Part shown: piece by piece, positions 1-8,873 of the stretch
Layout of the letters: each line of letters opens with the position of its first letter
Position numbering within the stretch: the first letter of the stretch is position 1
Source: Acidimicrobiales bacterium
GTDB lineage: Bacteria; Actinomycetota; Acidimicrobiia; Acidimicrobiales; Bog-793
Length of the DNA stretch: 56,499 bases
Assembly (NCBI GenBank): GCA_049696635.1
Contig: JBAVUF010000341.1
Coordinates: 1 to 56,499 of the forward strand
Direction of reading: 5' to 3'
Translations under genes and position numbers: made by a program
The notes under the pieces: model-generated
What the model saw: the letters and a program-made list of their open reading frames with translations, nothing else
What the model was told of the DNA's origin: nothing
Databases searched by the model: none

Positions 1-383
1 CCGCAGATGCGCCGTCGGTCGTGCGGGTTGGCGGGCGTCCCCTCGTACGAGTTGATCCCAGTCGTCCCGAAGGCGATCTCGTGCAGAGCCGTCTTGCCGA
101 CGATCGACGCGCCGGCGCGACGCAGGATCGCCACCACTTGAGCATCCGCATCGGCGGGCGGCGCTTGGTCGAACGCCGCGCAACCTGCCTTCGTCGGAAC
201 TCCGGCGACGTCGATGAGGTCTTTGACGGCGACCGGAACGCCGGCGAGAAACCCGCCGTCGCCGGTGAACTTCGGATCGAGGAACTGGGTGTACGCACCG
301 CCTTCGGCGACTGGACGTCGCAGCTCCAACGCGCGCCGGAGCGCCTCTTTCGGGTCGCGCCGCGCGTTGGTAAGCGAGATCAA
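1..383 (-). CDS. Amidase-signature family amidase, N-terminal part (gene runs off the left window edge)
   Basis: Absent from the ORF track because it is edge-truncated. Manual minus-strand translation gives ISLTNARRDPKEALRRALELRRPVAEGGAYTQFLDPKFTGDGGFLAGVPVAVKDLIDVAGVPTKAGCAAFD...GKTALHEIAFGTTGINSYEGTPANPHDRRRICG, the GxPxxVKD and GKTxxxExA blocks of AS amidases. Candidate TTG start at 383-381 overlaps the TGA of the upstream gene (TTGA). The exact start is uncertain. Confidence 0.7.
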   Translation of the reverse strand, partial: MISLTNARRDPKEALRRALELRRPVAEGGAYTQFLDPKFTGDGGFLAGVPVAVKDLIDVAGVPTKAGCAAFDQAPPADADAQVVAILRRAGASIVGKTALHEIAFGTTGINSYEGTPANPHDRRRIC

Positions 384-1213
384 CCGAGCAGACGCTGTTC
401 GAGTGCTTCGAGCCGCGCGCCGATCTGCGCGACGCGGTCCGAGCTCATCTCGACTCCGAACGACTGGGCGGCCGCGCCGACCCTCTCGGCTCCGGAAGCC
501 TCATCGGGTTGGGGAGTCGCGTCGGGAGGCGCGAGAAACGATCGGACGTCGATCCGGTACTGGAGCGCGAGGGCTGCGCCGGTGTGTCGATCGGACAGCT
601 CGGCGCGAAAGGCGTTTCCGACACGCAAGCCGCCGATCGCGGGAACCGTTCCGCACAGCACGACGAACGATTGCGCTCGCGACCTCCACGGAATCGCGTC
701 GAGGATATCGCCAGGCGACAAGAGCGCTTCCGTCGACCCGTCCTGGTACAAGTCGCCGTCGCCGATCCAGCTCCGCAGCCGCAGGTTGTCCCAATGATCG
801 ACAACGTCGCTGAGCTCCCACGCACTCTCCGCCAGCACTTTGTGACACATCGCTTTCGATAGCGCGACGTCAATCCGCTCGGCGGCGCGATCGGTGTGGT
901 CCGAGGCGACGGTGACGTAGACCTCGCCTCCCGCGACGAGGAGGGCGACTTCCGCCTCGCCCGAGGTCTCTTCCGACGCGGTGACGAGACTGTCGCTTTG
1001 GACCAATAGCGCGGGCGAGAGCGGGTAGAAGGTCGGCACGGCCGCTGGAGGCTCGATGCCGTGCTCGGCAAGCTCGCGGATGTGGGCGAGGACCTCTGCC
1101 TGGTCGCGCCCGGTGTACCCGGCGACGATAAGCACTTCCGGCTCCAAAAAGACGTCGGTGCCCGACGGTTCGAGTTTGAAGCGCAGGCGCGCCGTTGCCG
1201 CGGACCCGCTCAT
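380..1213 (-). CDS. DUF2848 domain protein with about 50-aa C-terminal extension
   Basis: 277-aa ORF. Blocks LIVAGYTGRD, VASDHTDR and DHWDNLRLRSW match my recollection of the DUF2848 family. It is co-directional with and abuts the downstream amidase. Confidence 0.65.
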   Translation of the reverse strand: MSGSAATARLRFKLEPSGTDVFLEPEVLIVAGYTGRDQAEVLAHIRELAEHGIEPPAAVPTFYPLSPALLVQSDSLVTASEETSGEAEVALLVAGGEVYVTVASDHTDRAAERIDVALSKAMCHKVLAESAWELSDVVDHWDNLRLRSWIGDGDLYQDGSTEALLSPGDILDAIPWRSRAQSFVVLCGTVPAIGGLRVGNAFRAELSDRHTGAALALQYRIDVRSFLAPPDATPQPDEASGAERVGAAAQSFGVEMSSDRVAQIGARLEALEQRLLG

Positions 1214-1340
1214 GACGAGATCTGAAAGCGTCGCAGGGCGACGCGTTCACCCAGCGGGTGGTGTCCGGTCGCCCTGCAACGTCGCCCCCCACATCGCGCC
1301 GCGCGGAGCACATGGGCACCCCGGAGCGCGCGCATGAACG

Positions 1341-1352
1341 GTAGTATACTAC
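1341..1352. promoter_or_regulatory. Perfect 12-bp AT-rich palindrome GTAGTATACTAC in divergent intergenic region (putative operator)
   Basis: Read directly. It lies between the DUF2848/amidase genes (minus) and the HCHL/CoA-transferase genes (plus) and stands out against the GC-rich flanks. It shares the core TAGTATACT with the site at 4746-4771. Confidence 0.5.
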
Positions 1353-1477
1353 ATGGCACGCCTCTTCAGCCAAGAGATTCGACCGATCTGTCAGCGCGAT
1401 AGAACCAGCGTCCGAGGCGCGAAGCGACCAGACGCGCCGGCGGGTTCCAAAGGTCCGAAGCGAGGTTGACCGTCGAA

Positions 1478-2296
1478 ATGTCCAGCTACAAGACCGTCAA
1501 GATCGAGCGTGAAAACGGCATCTCCTTCGTCGTGCTGAATCGCCCGGAAAAAAAGAACGCGATGAACCCGACGATGCACTACGAGATGCTCGAGGTGTGG
1601 GACGAGCTCGAATTCGACGAGGAAACCCGAGTCGTCGTGCTCACCGGCGAAGGCGAAAGCTGGTGCGCGGGGCAGGATCTGAAAGAGTCGTTCCTCGAAA
1701 CCGCCAACAACCCGTTGGAGCTGCGGCGCTCTACTTGGGCCGCGTCCGAGTGGAGATGGCGCCGGCTCCATTACTTCCCGAAGCCGACGATCGCGATGGT
1801 GAACGGCTACTGCTTCGGCGGCGGCTTCACCCAGCTCGTCGCCTGCGATTTCGCCATCGCCGCGGAGGAGGCGACCTTCGGGCTCAGCGAGGTGAACTGG
1901 GGCTCGTTCCCGGCCGGTCTCGTCAGCCGCGTCCTCGCCGAAGTGCTGGGGATGCGCGACGCGCTCTACTACATCATGACGGGAGAGACCTTCGACGGTC
2001 GCACGGCCGAGAAGATCCGCCTCGTCAACGAGGCGGTGCCGCTTTCGGATCTCCGAAAGGCAACCGTGACCCTCGCCGAAAAGCTGATGCGACTCAACCC
2101 GCACACGCTGCGCGCCTGCAAAGAGGTGTACAAGCACGTGAAGGACATGGACTACGAGGACGCCGAGGATTACATGTGGGCGAAGCTCGACATGTTGTCG
2201 GTTCTCGATCCGGGCGGCCGCCAGCGTGGGATCAGACAATTCGTCGAGGACAAGAGTTACCGACCGGGATTCGAGTCGTACAAGCACGATGAATAG
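1478..2296 (+). CDS. Crotonase-superfamily hydroxycinnamoyl-CoA hydratase-lyase (HCHL/Ech)-like enzyme
   Basis: It aligns along its full length with my recollection of Pseudomonas fluorescens HCHL: VVLNRPEKKNAM, KPTIAMVNGYCFGGGF, ATFGLSEVNWG, YYIMTGETF, EDYMWAKLD and the C-terminal KSYRPGFESYK. ATG 1478 (MSSYKTVKIE) fits the HCHL N-terminus. TTG 1466 is an alternative start. Confidence 0.85.
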   Translation: MSSYKTVKIERENGISFVVLNRPEKKNAMNPTMHYEMLEVWDELEFDEETRVVVLTGEGESWCAGQDLKESFLETANNPLELRRSTWAASEWRWRRLHYFPKPTIAMVNGYCFGGGFTQLVACDFAIAAEEATFGLSEVNWGSFPAGLVSRVLAEVLGMRDALYYIMTGETFDGRTAEKIRLVNEAVPLSDLRKATVTLAEKLMRLNPHTLRACKEVYKHVKDMDYEDAEDYMWAKLDMLSVLDPGGRQRGIRQFVEDKSYRPGFESYKHDE

Positions 2297-3500
2297 CGAG
2301 CAGTCGACGTCGCTGCTCGAGGGTTACACCGCGCTCGACCTGTCGGGGAATGAGGGGCAGTTCACCGGACGCCTCCTTTCCGACCTCGGGATGCGCGTCA
2401 TCAAGGTCGAGCCGCCAAGTGGGGATGTCGTCCGCAGCATCGGGCCGTTCAAGGATGATCTCGTCGACCGCGAGGCAAGCCTTCGCTTCGCATTTTTGAA
2501 CGGCGGCAAAGAGAGCATCACGCTCAACTTGGAGGATGTCGACGGCCGGGCGATGCTTCTCGATCTCGCCGCCCACGTCGACGTGTTAATCGAGAGCTTC
2601 ACCCCCGGATACCTCGACGATCTCGGCGTCGGTTTTCGCCGCCTACACGAACGTAACCGTCAGCTCGTCGTCGTCTCCATCACTCCGTTCGGACAGAACG
2701 GCCCGCACGCGAACTATCTGGCGACCGACATCGTCGGTGTGGCGATGGGCGGGATCATGTTCATCTCCGGAGATCCGAGCCTTCCGCCGGTCCGTCCCCC
2801 CGAGACGCAGTCGTTCTATTACGCCTCGATCTACGCGGCCTACGCGGTGTTGCTGGCGCTCTTCACGCGTGGCGAGGACGGCGACGGGCAATACATCGAT
2901 GTCTCGATCCAAGAGAGCGTCGCCTCACAAGAACACATGATCCGCGAAGCGGCATTCGACGGCGTTCAGATCACACGCAACGGCAGCCAGCACAAGCACA
3001 CGTCGCCGGCGAACATCTTTCCGTGCACCGACGGCTACGTCTATCTGTTCATCCTCGGCGCGCGTGACTGGGAGCGTCTGCTCGAGCTGTGGACCGATCA
3101 TCCGATCGAGCTAGACGCCCCGGAGCTGAAGGCACCGGGACGTCGCCGCGCCAAAGCGGCAATGATCAACCCGCTCGTCGAACAGTTCACCTCGCGTTAT
3201 TCCAAGCGTGAGCTGATGGGCTATCTGCAAGGAAACGGGATCCCGTGCCTGCCGGTCAATTCGCCGCGCGACTTCCTCGAAGAAGAGCAGGTCCGCGTCC
3301 GGGAGTTCTTCGGCGACGTGGAAAGCGCCTCCATCGGCCGATACCAGGCGCCACGGTTCCCAGCACTTTTCGACGGGCAGCGTCCGCCCGTCGCCGGCCC
3401 TCCACCGCGGCTCGGAGCCGACGGCGCGGCAATCTACCACGAATGGCTCGGCCTCGACGCCGAGGAGCTCGAGCTGCTCGCGGCGAGAGGCGCCGTCTAG
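2289..3500 (+). CDS. Family III CoA-transferase (CaiB/BaiF type), subunit/paralog 1
   Basis: MNSEQSTSLLEGYTALDLSGNEGQFTGRLLSDLGMRVIKVEPPSGD is the typical family III N-terminus. ATG 2289 overlaps the upstream stop (ATGAATAG). The longer track ORF from 2226 overlaps the HCHL-like gene. Confidence 0.85.
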   Translation: MNSEQSTSLLEGYTALDLSGNEGQFTGRLLSDLGMRVIKVEPPSGDVVRSIGPFKDDLVDREASLRFAFLNGGKESITLNLEDVDGRAMLLDLAAHVDVLIESFTPGYLDDLGVGFRRLHERNRQLVVVSITPFGQNGPHANYLATDIVGVAMGGIMFISGDPSLPPVRPPETQSFYYASIYAAYAVLLALFTRGEDGDGQYIDVSIQESVASQEHMIREAAFDGVQITRNGSQHKHTSPANIFPCTDGYVYLFILGARDWERLLELWTDHPIELDAPELKAPGRRRAKAAMINPLVEQFTSRYSKRELMGYLQGNGIPCLPVNSPRDFLEEEQVRVREFFGDVESASIGRYQAPRFPALFDGQRPPVAGPPPRLGADGAAIYHEWLGLDAEELELLAARGAV

Positions 3501-3502
3501 AA

Positions 3503-4702
3503 ATGGCGAGCTTCCTCTCCGGCATCCGCGTCGTCAGCCTGTCGACGGGCATCGCCGGCCCGAACGCGGCGCGCGGACTCGCCGTATTCGGTGCCGAGGT
3601 GTTCAAAGTCGAGTCGCGTGCCGGTGGGCTCGACGCGTTCCGCTCCTACGGCGACAACCCCGAAGCATCCCCGCGCTTCATCGAGGTGAACCTAAACACC
3701 CGATCGCTGACGCTCAACCTGAAGAACCCACAAGGGATCACGCTCTTCAAGGAGCTCGTCGCGAAGTCCGACGTCGTGATGGACAACTTCAGACCGCAGG
3801 TGCTCCCCCGCCTCGGTCTCGGACCCGACGACCTCCTCGCGATCAATCCGCGGGTGATCGTCGTGCGCATGCCCGGACTCGGCTCGCAAGGGCCGCTCAG
3901 CGCGTACGGCACGTGGGGTCCGACGCTCACCGCGTACTCCGGGCTCACCTATCTCTGGAATCATCCGGGCCAGGAGCGCCCGATCGGCTCACAAGGTGTC
4001 TACCCGGACTACCTCACAGGAGCAGTCGTGCCGGCGATCGTCGTTGCCGCCTTGTTGCGCCGCCGCCGCACCGGCAAGGGGGTGGCGATCGACGTCGCCC
4101 AGATGGACCTCGCCGCCTACACGCTCGGGACGACCTTCCTCGACGCCAACGTCAACGGTCGCGACCCACAGCCGATCGGCAACACCTCACCGCACATGGA
4201 GCCGCACAACAGCTTCCCGTGCCTCGGAGACGATCGTTGGTGCGTGATCGCCGTCGAAAACGACGCGCAATGGGCGGCGCTCTGCGCGGTGATCGGCGAA
4301 GAGGGGCTCGCCTCGGACGAACGATTCGCGACGCTGAGGGCGCGAAAGGCAAATCGCGACCAGCTCTTCGAGATCATCGCGAGTTGGACTCGAAACCACG
4401 AGGCCGCTTCGGTGATGGAACAGATGCAGCACGCCGGCGTCCCGGCCGGTGTCGTGCAGGGAGGCAGTGACCTCGCCGTGGACGAGCAGCTCGAGGCGCG
4501 CGGCTTCATCGAGATCGCCGATCACCCGATCCTCGGAAAGATGCCGATGGCTGGGCTGCCGATGCACTTCAGCGCCGGCCGCCACGAGGCGTTGAAAAGT
4601 CCTCCCCCGCTCGGGTCGGACAACGAATACGCGATCACCGAGATCCTCGGCCACAGCGCGGAGGACCTGAAGCGCTGGGAAGAAGAAGAGGTCGTCTACT
4701 AG
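3503..4702 (+). CDS. Family III CoA-transferase (CaiB/BaiF type), subunit/paralog 2
   Basis: MASFLSGIRVVSLSTGIAGPNAARGLAVFGAEVFKVES is a typical family III N-terminus. ATG 3503 lies 2 nt after the previous stop. The 5' part of track ORF 3245 is an Arg-rich out-of-context extension. Confidence 0.85.
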   Translation: MASFLSGIRVVSLSTGIAGPNAARGLAVFGAEVFKVESRAGGLDAFRSYGDNPEASPRFIEVNLNTRSLTLNLKNPQGITLFKELVAKSDVVMDNFRPQVLPRLGLGPDDLLAINPRVIVVRMPGLGSQGPLSAYGTWGPTLTAYSGLTYLWNHPGQERPIGSQGVYPDYLTGAVVPAIVVAALLRRRRTGKGVAIDVAQMDLAAYTLGTTFLDANVNGRDPQPIGNTSPHMEPHNSFPCLGDDRWCVIAVENDAQWAALCAVIGEEGLASDERFATLRARKANRDQLFEIIASWTRNHEAASVMEQMQHAGVPAGVVQGGSDLAVDEQLEARGFIEIADHPILGKMPMAGLPMHFSAGRHEALKSPPPLGSDNEYAITEILGHSAEDLKRWEEEEVVY

Positions 4703-4745
4703 CGGTGACCGCTCCGGTTCGTCGGGCGCCAACCCCGCTGCCAGC

Positions 4746-4771
4746 TAGTATTCTAGTATACTTGTATGCTA
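4746..4771. promoter_or_regulatory. 26-bp imperfect AT-rich palindrome TAGTATTCTAGTATACTTGTATGCTA centred on AGTATACT (putative operator/-10 region)
   Basis: Read directly: 10 of 13 symmetric positions pair, and the core AGTATACT (4755-4762) is a perfect palindrome. It lies at the 5' end of the ABC-importer operon and overlaps the first candidate ATG (4766). Confidence 0.5.
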
Positions 4772-5665
4772 CGGTTCGCGGACATGACGGCCTCCGTCGT
4801 CGCGTCCCCGTCGCGACGGCTTGCCCCAGCGCGTGAGTTGTCTCAGGCTTCTGCCGTGAGCGACGCATTCCTCGGCCCGGTCCTGCAGGTTCGCAACCTC
4901 TGCATCCGCTACACCGGCCACGACAACGGCCGGCCCTTCGAGGCCGTAAAGAACGTTTCCTTCGACGTCGGCCGTCATCAACTCGTCGCCGTCGTCGGTC
5001 CGAGCGGCTGTGGTAAGTCGACGCTCCTCGCCGCGATCGCCGGCCTGATCCCCTACCACCGCGGCGAGATCCTCTGTGAGAACGCGCGGGTGACGAAGCC
5101 GGGCAAGGACCGAGCCGTCGTGTTCCAGCACGCTGCGCTGTTGCCGTGGCTCACGGTGCGCAAGAACGTCGCCTTCGGGATCCGCCAACGCGGTGCCGAC
5201 AAGGCGACCGCGCTGCGCCGCGCCGACGAGATGCTCGAGCTCGTGCGCCTGACGCAGTTCGCGAACAACTACCCGTATCAGCTCTCCGGCGGCATGCAGC
5301 AACGGGTCAACCTGGCCCGCGCCCTCGCGACCGACCCGGAGATCATGCTGTTGGACGAGCCGTTCGCCGCGTTGGACGCGCAGCACCGCGAGCTCTTGCA
5401 GAACGAGTTGATGCGGATCTGGGACTCGACCGACAAGGCGGGCATCTTCATCACCCACCAGATCGAAGAAGCGATCTTCGTCGCCGACGTCGTCGTCGTG
5501 TTATCGAGCGGACCCGGGTCGGTCGTCAAAGAGGTCCTCGAGATCGACCTGCCACGTCCGCGCGACCGGAGCGTGACCGAGGGGGAGAAATTCGGCGCCT
5601 TCGCACGAAAGATCCGCAGTGTGCTCGAACAAAGCTGGTCGGACCAGTTCGAAGTCGACAAGTGA
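4766..5665 (+). CDS. ABC transporter ATP-binding protein, NitT/TauT (nitrate/sulfonate/taurine) type
   Basis: Walker A GPSGCGKST, signature LSGGMQQR and Walker B MLLDEPF are present. An alternative start is ATG 4784, because the palindrome covers 4766. Confidence 0.85.
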   Translation: MLRFADMTASVVASPSRRLAPARELSQASAVSDAFLGPVLQVRNLCIRYTGHDNGRPFEAVKNVSFDVGRHQLVAVVGPSGCGKSTLLAAIAGLIPYHRGEILCENARVTKPGKDRAVVFQHAALLPWLTVRKNVAFGIRQRGADKATALRRADEMLELVRLTQFANNYPYQLSGGMQQRVNLARALATDPEIMLLDEPFAALDAQHRELLQNELMRIWDSTDKAGIFITHQIEEAIFVADVVVVLSSGPGSVVKEVLEIDLPRPRDRSVTEGEKFGAFARKIRSVLEQSWSDQFEVDK

Positions 5666-5685
5666 AAGACAAAGGGGGGCATCGA

Positions 5686-6756
5686 ATGCAAGGTTCGAAC
5701 GAATGGAGCACGAAGCATATAAGGCTTTTCAAACCCGTCGTAATCGTGGCGGTCGCGGCGATCGGCCTCGTCTCTGTGTCAGTAGGCACGGCAGCCGCGG
5801 CCAATTCGCACAAGTCGCTCGTCACGGTGAACGTCGGCGTCCAGGCGCCCGTGCCGGTATTCGCCGCCTGGTGGTTCATGCAGGAGAACCCGGGGATCTG
5901 CAAGCCGTTCGGTATTAAGCCGAACTTCGAGACGGTCACTCCGGTGAGCGGACCTCCGGCGCTGCTCAGCGGATCGATCCCGGTTCAGGTCGAGGCCAAC
6001 GGCTCGTACTTCGAAGAAGCGGCGAAAGCCGCCGATTCGGTGATCCTGCTCGGCGGCTACGGACCGCTCGCCACCTACTTCTGGGGAACGAAGAGCATCA
6101 CGAGCCCGAAGGACTTCGCCGGCACGACCGTCGCCGCGACGACACCTGGCGGTGCTTCCGACCTCCTCGCCCGGTTGGCGATCAAGCTTGCCGGGCTCAA
6201 GCCCTCGCAGGTGAAGATCGACTACGTCGGGAGCGCGCAGGCGATCATCGCGCTCACCGAAACCGGCCAGACCTCCGGCTTCAGCGACCCGGCACCGCTT
6301 CCCCCGCAGGCGACTGCGGCAGGGCTGCACCCGGTCCTCAACCTCACCAACTCGACGTCGTCGCTTCCGCTCGACACGCTCGCGGTGGTGGCAGACGGTC
6401 CGTACTACCGGTCGCACAAAACCGCCGTCCACGCGTTGCTGCAGTGCGTCGCCCTGGCCGACCACGACTCCGTCGTCCACAAACAAGGCGTGATCACCTC
6501 GATCGAGGAGGTGCTCGGTTACCCGTTGTCCCTCGCGGCGCTCGCCTGGACCTACAACCACGCGACGTGGAACATCTTCCCGTTCACGAAGCCGCTCGCA
6601 CTGACAGCGATCGCGGCGGTTCGCTCGGGCGGACAGGCCGCAGCCGTCGCCGGATACAAGTACAACTCGGTCGACGTGGCGATGAATGCGCTCGTCGGTA
6701 TCAAGTACGCGCTGCAAACACCACCCGGCATCGTGAAGGCCTCGACATCGTCGTAA
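5686..6756 (+). CDS. Secreted NMT1/SsuA-like ABC substrate-binding protein
   Basis: ATG 5686 is preceded by AAAGGGGGG. The signal-like N-terminus is KHIRLFKPVVIVAVAAIGLVSVSVGTAAAA. The position between the ATPase and the permease fits. The 5' half of track ORF 5146 overlaps the ATPase gene and is discarded. Confidence 0.75.
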   Translation: MQGSNEWSTKHIRLFKPVVIVAVAAIGLVSVSVGTAAAANSHKSLVTVNVGVQAPVPVFAAWWFMQENPGICKPFGIKPNFETVTPVSGPPALLSGSIPVQVEANGSYFEEAAKAADSVILLGGYGPLATYFWGTKSITSPKDFAGTTVAATTPGGASDLLARLAIKLAGLKPSQVKIDYVGSAQAIIALTETGQTSGFSDPAPLPPQATAAGLHPVLNLTNSTSSLPLDTLAVVADGPYYRSHKTAVHALLQCVALADHDSVVHKQGVITSIEEVLGYPLSLAALAWTYNHATWNIFPFTKPLALTAIAAVRSGGQAAAVAGYKYNSVDVAMNALVGIKYALQTPPGIVKASTSS

Positions 6757-6822
6757 GGAGAAGGCCGTTTAGGTTTGAGCGCGAGCGACGCGGAGCCGTG
6801 AGGCATCGGTAGGGAGCACTTC

Positions 6823-7719
6823 TTGGGAATCTCGACACGGATGCACAATTGGCTCAACAGTTCCGGCAGCGTCGCCTCGCGCGAACCTGAGGTCGGCGTC
6901 GACAGCCCGATCGTCGACGCCGACACCGACTACACAAAGCCGACGCGTGCCCGCAGGTTGTGGCGACGGTGGGAGCGCTTGATCCTCGGCACGAGCGCCA
7001 TCGCTGTCGTCCTCGGGGCTTGGCAGCTTTCCGCCGCAGAGCACTGGGTGAACACCGAATTCACGAGCGAACCATCGGCGGTCGCGACCTCGCTCGTGAA
7101 CTACTTCCAACACGGAACTGGCTGGGGCGACCTCTGGGTGACGAGCCAGGAATTCTTGATCGGATTCGCGCTCTCCCTCGCGATCGGGATCCCGCTCGGC
7201 GTCCTGATGGGCTGGTACAAGAAGATCGACGAGCTTTTGAACCCGATGGTGATCTTCCTCAACAACATCCCGAGGATTGCGCTCGCTCCACTGTTTGTCA
7301 TCTGGTTCGGCATCGGCCTCGAGTCGAAGGTGGCAATCGTCCTTTGTGTCGCGACGATTCCTTTGATCTTCAACGCCCGCGCCGGTGTGGTAACGACCGA
7401 GCGCACGCTTGTCCAGATGGCGCGCTCGTATGGAACGCCGAACATCGCCCTTTTGTGGAAGGTCGTCCTCCCGGGCTCGGTGCCGACGATCGTCTCCGGC
7501 GTCCGCATCGCGGTCGGCCAGGGCTTGCAGGCGGTCGTCCTGGCCGAGTTCATCGCGGCCGAGCACGGCCTCGGATTCACGCTGTTCTCGGCGGCGGAGA
7601 CGCTCGACACGGCCCGGATGTTCGACGCCGTGACGGTCATCGCCGTCGCCGGCCTCATCCTCACCGCGCTGGCGACCCGGCTCGAGCGCTATTTCGACCG
7701 CTGGCGCGTCGCAGATTGA
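6823..7719 (+). CDS. ABC transporter permease (SsuC/TauC-like)
   Basis: The protein is multi-TM with the conserved block NNIPRIALAPLFVIWFGIGLESK. TTG 6823 is preceded by AGGGAG at a 6-nt spacing. Confidence 0.8.
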   Translation: MGISTRMHNWLNSSGSVASREPEVGVDSPIVDADTDYTKPTRARRLWRRWERLILGTSAIAVVLGAWQLSAAEHWVNTEFTSEPSAVATSLVNYFQHGTGWGDLWVTSQEFLIGFALSLAIGIPLGVLMGWYKKIDELLNPMVIFLNNIPRIALAPLFVIWFGIGLESKVAIVLCVATIPLIFNARAGVVTTERTLVQMARSYGTPNIALLWKVVLPGSVPTIVSGVRIAVGQGLQAVVLAEFIAAEHGLGFTLFSAAETLDTARMFDAVTVIAVAGLILTALATRLERYFDRWRVAD

Positions 7720-7813
7720 CGGCGTGAGCGGGCGAACGCGGCGCGTTCGTCGGCGGACGATCGCGCCACAACGAACGCAACCGCTTCTCTAGAACGCGCA
7801 GGAAGGACCTTCG

Positions 7814-8851
7814 ATGGAGTTCGGGCTGGTTCTCGGGCCATTCATGCCACCTCGGGACGAGATGTCGTCGACGGACGCCCTCGCTCTCGAGATGCGCTTC
7901 GCCGAGCGCGCTGCGAGTTCGGGCTTCGACTACGTGAGCATGGGCGACCACTATCTCTCAGGACCGCGCGCCCAGTTCTTCCAGCCGATCCCGCTCGCGG
8001 CGGCGATCCTCGCCACGCACCCCACGCTCTCGGTGGCGACGACGATCTTCTTGTTGCCGCACCACAACCCGGTCGAGGTCGCCGAGGCGGTCGCGACGCT
8101 CGATGCGCTCGCTCCCGGCCGCTTCGTCTTCGGCGTCGGACAGGGCTACCGCCGCGACGAGGCGGAGGCCGTCGGCATCGAGAACGCGACCCGCGGCGAC
8201 CGCCTCGCCGAGTCGATCACCGCCATGCGTCTTTTGTGGCGGGGCGGGCCGTCCACGTTCGAGGGCCGCTACTACCGATTCCACGACGCCGACATCGGCA
8301 TCGGCACCGCCGACCCACACGGGCCGTCGATCCTCGTCGGCGCGGACAAGATCGAGGCCATCGCGCGCATCCCTTCGATCGGCGGTGACCACTGGCTGCC
8401 GAGCCCGCGCAACAGCGTGTCTTTCATCAAGTCCACTCTGCCCACGTACGAGGAGGCGGTGCGCGGAGCCGGGCGGACGTTCACGGGCATCCCGATCATG
8501 CGCAGCGTCTACGCGTCAGACGACGAGGACGCCGCAAAGGCCGCCCTCGTCAGGGCTGGTCAGCAGATGGCCGCCATCCAGGGCGAATGGGGGCAACCCG
8601 GTGAGCACCGCGGGCCGTCGTTCGACGACCTCCGCCGCGAGAAGCAGATCATCCTCGGAAGCTCTGAGCAGATCGCCGAGTCCTTCGTCGAACTGCACCG
8701 TGACCTCTCCGTCGGCTGCGTCTTCATCCAGAACTACGCGCCCGGGATGGATCCCGAGGCATCACTCGACATGGTCAGCCAGATCGGCGAGGAGACACTC
8801 CCGCTCGTGCGCAAGGAAGTCGGAAGCGACTCACTCTTTTTCGACCGCTAA
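7814..8851 (+). CDS. Luciferase-like (LLM class) flavin/F420-dependent oxidoreductase
   Basis: MEFGLVLGPF...FDYVSMGDHYL...LLPHHNPVEVAEAVATLDALAPGRFVFGVGQGY is a typical LLM fold signature. The RBS AGGAAGG lies upstream. Confidence 0.8.
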   Translation: MEFGLVLGPFMPPRDEMSSTDALALEMRFAERAASSGFDYVSMGDHYLSGPRAQFFQPIPLAAAILATHPTLSVATTIFLLPHHNPVEVAEAVATLDALAPGRFVFGVGQGYRRDEAEAVGIENATRGDRLAESITAMRLLWRGGPSTFEGRYYRFHDADIGIGTADPHGPSILVGADKIEAIARIPSIGGDHWLPSPRNSVSFIKSTLPTYEEAVRGAGRTFTGIPIMRSVYASDDEDAAKAALVRAGQQMAAIQGEWGQPGEHRGPSFDDLRREKQIILGSSEQIAESFVELHRDLSVGCVFIQNYAPGMDPEASLDMVSQIGEETLPLVRKEVGSDSLFFDR

Positions 8852-8873
8852 CGAAGAAAGGACTCACGCTGCG

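Noticed and set aside
5146-5685. Long 5' extensions of track ORFs (5146, 8103, 3245, 2226, 12036, 53958, 32671, 36547, 17118, 47252) that would make genes overlap their neighbours by hundreds of nt.
   Set aside because: The extensions are Arg/Pro-rich, overlap well-supported upstream genes, and downstream starts with RBS or ATGA/GTGA coupling give N-termini matching the family consensus.
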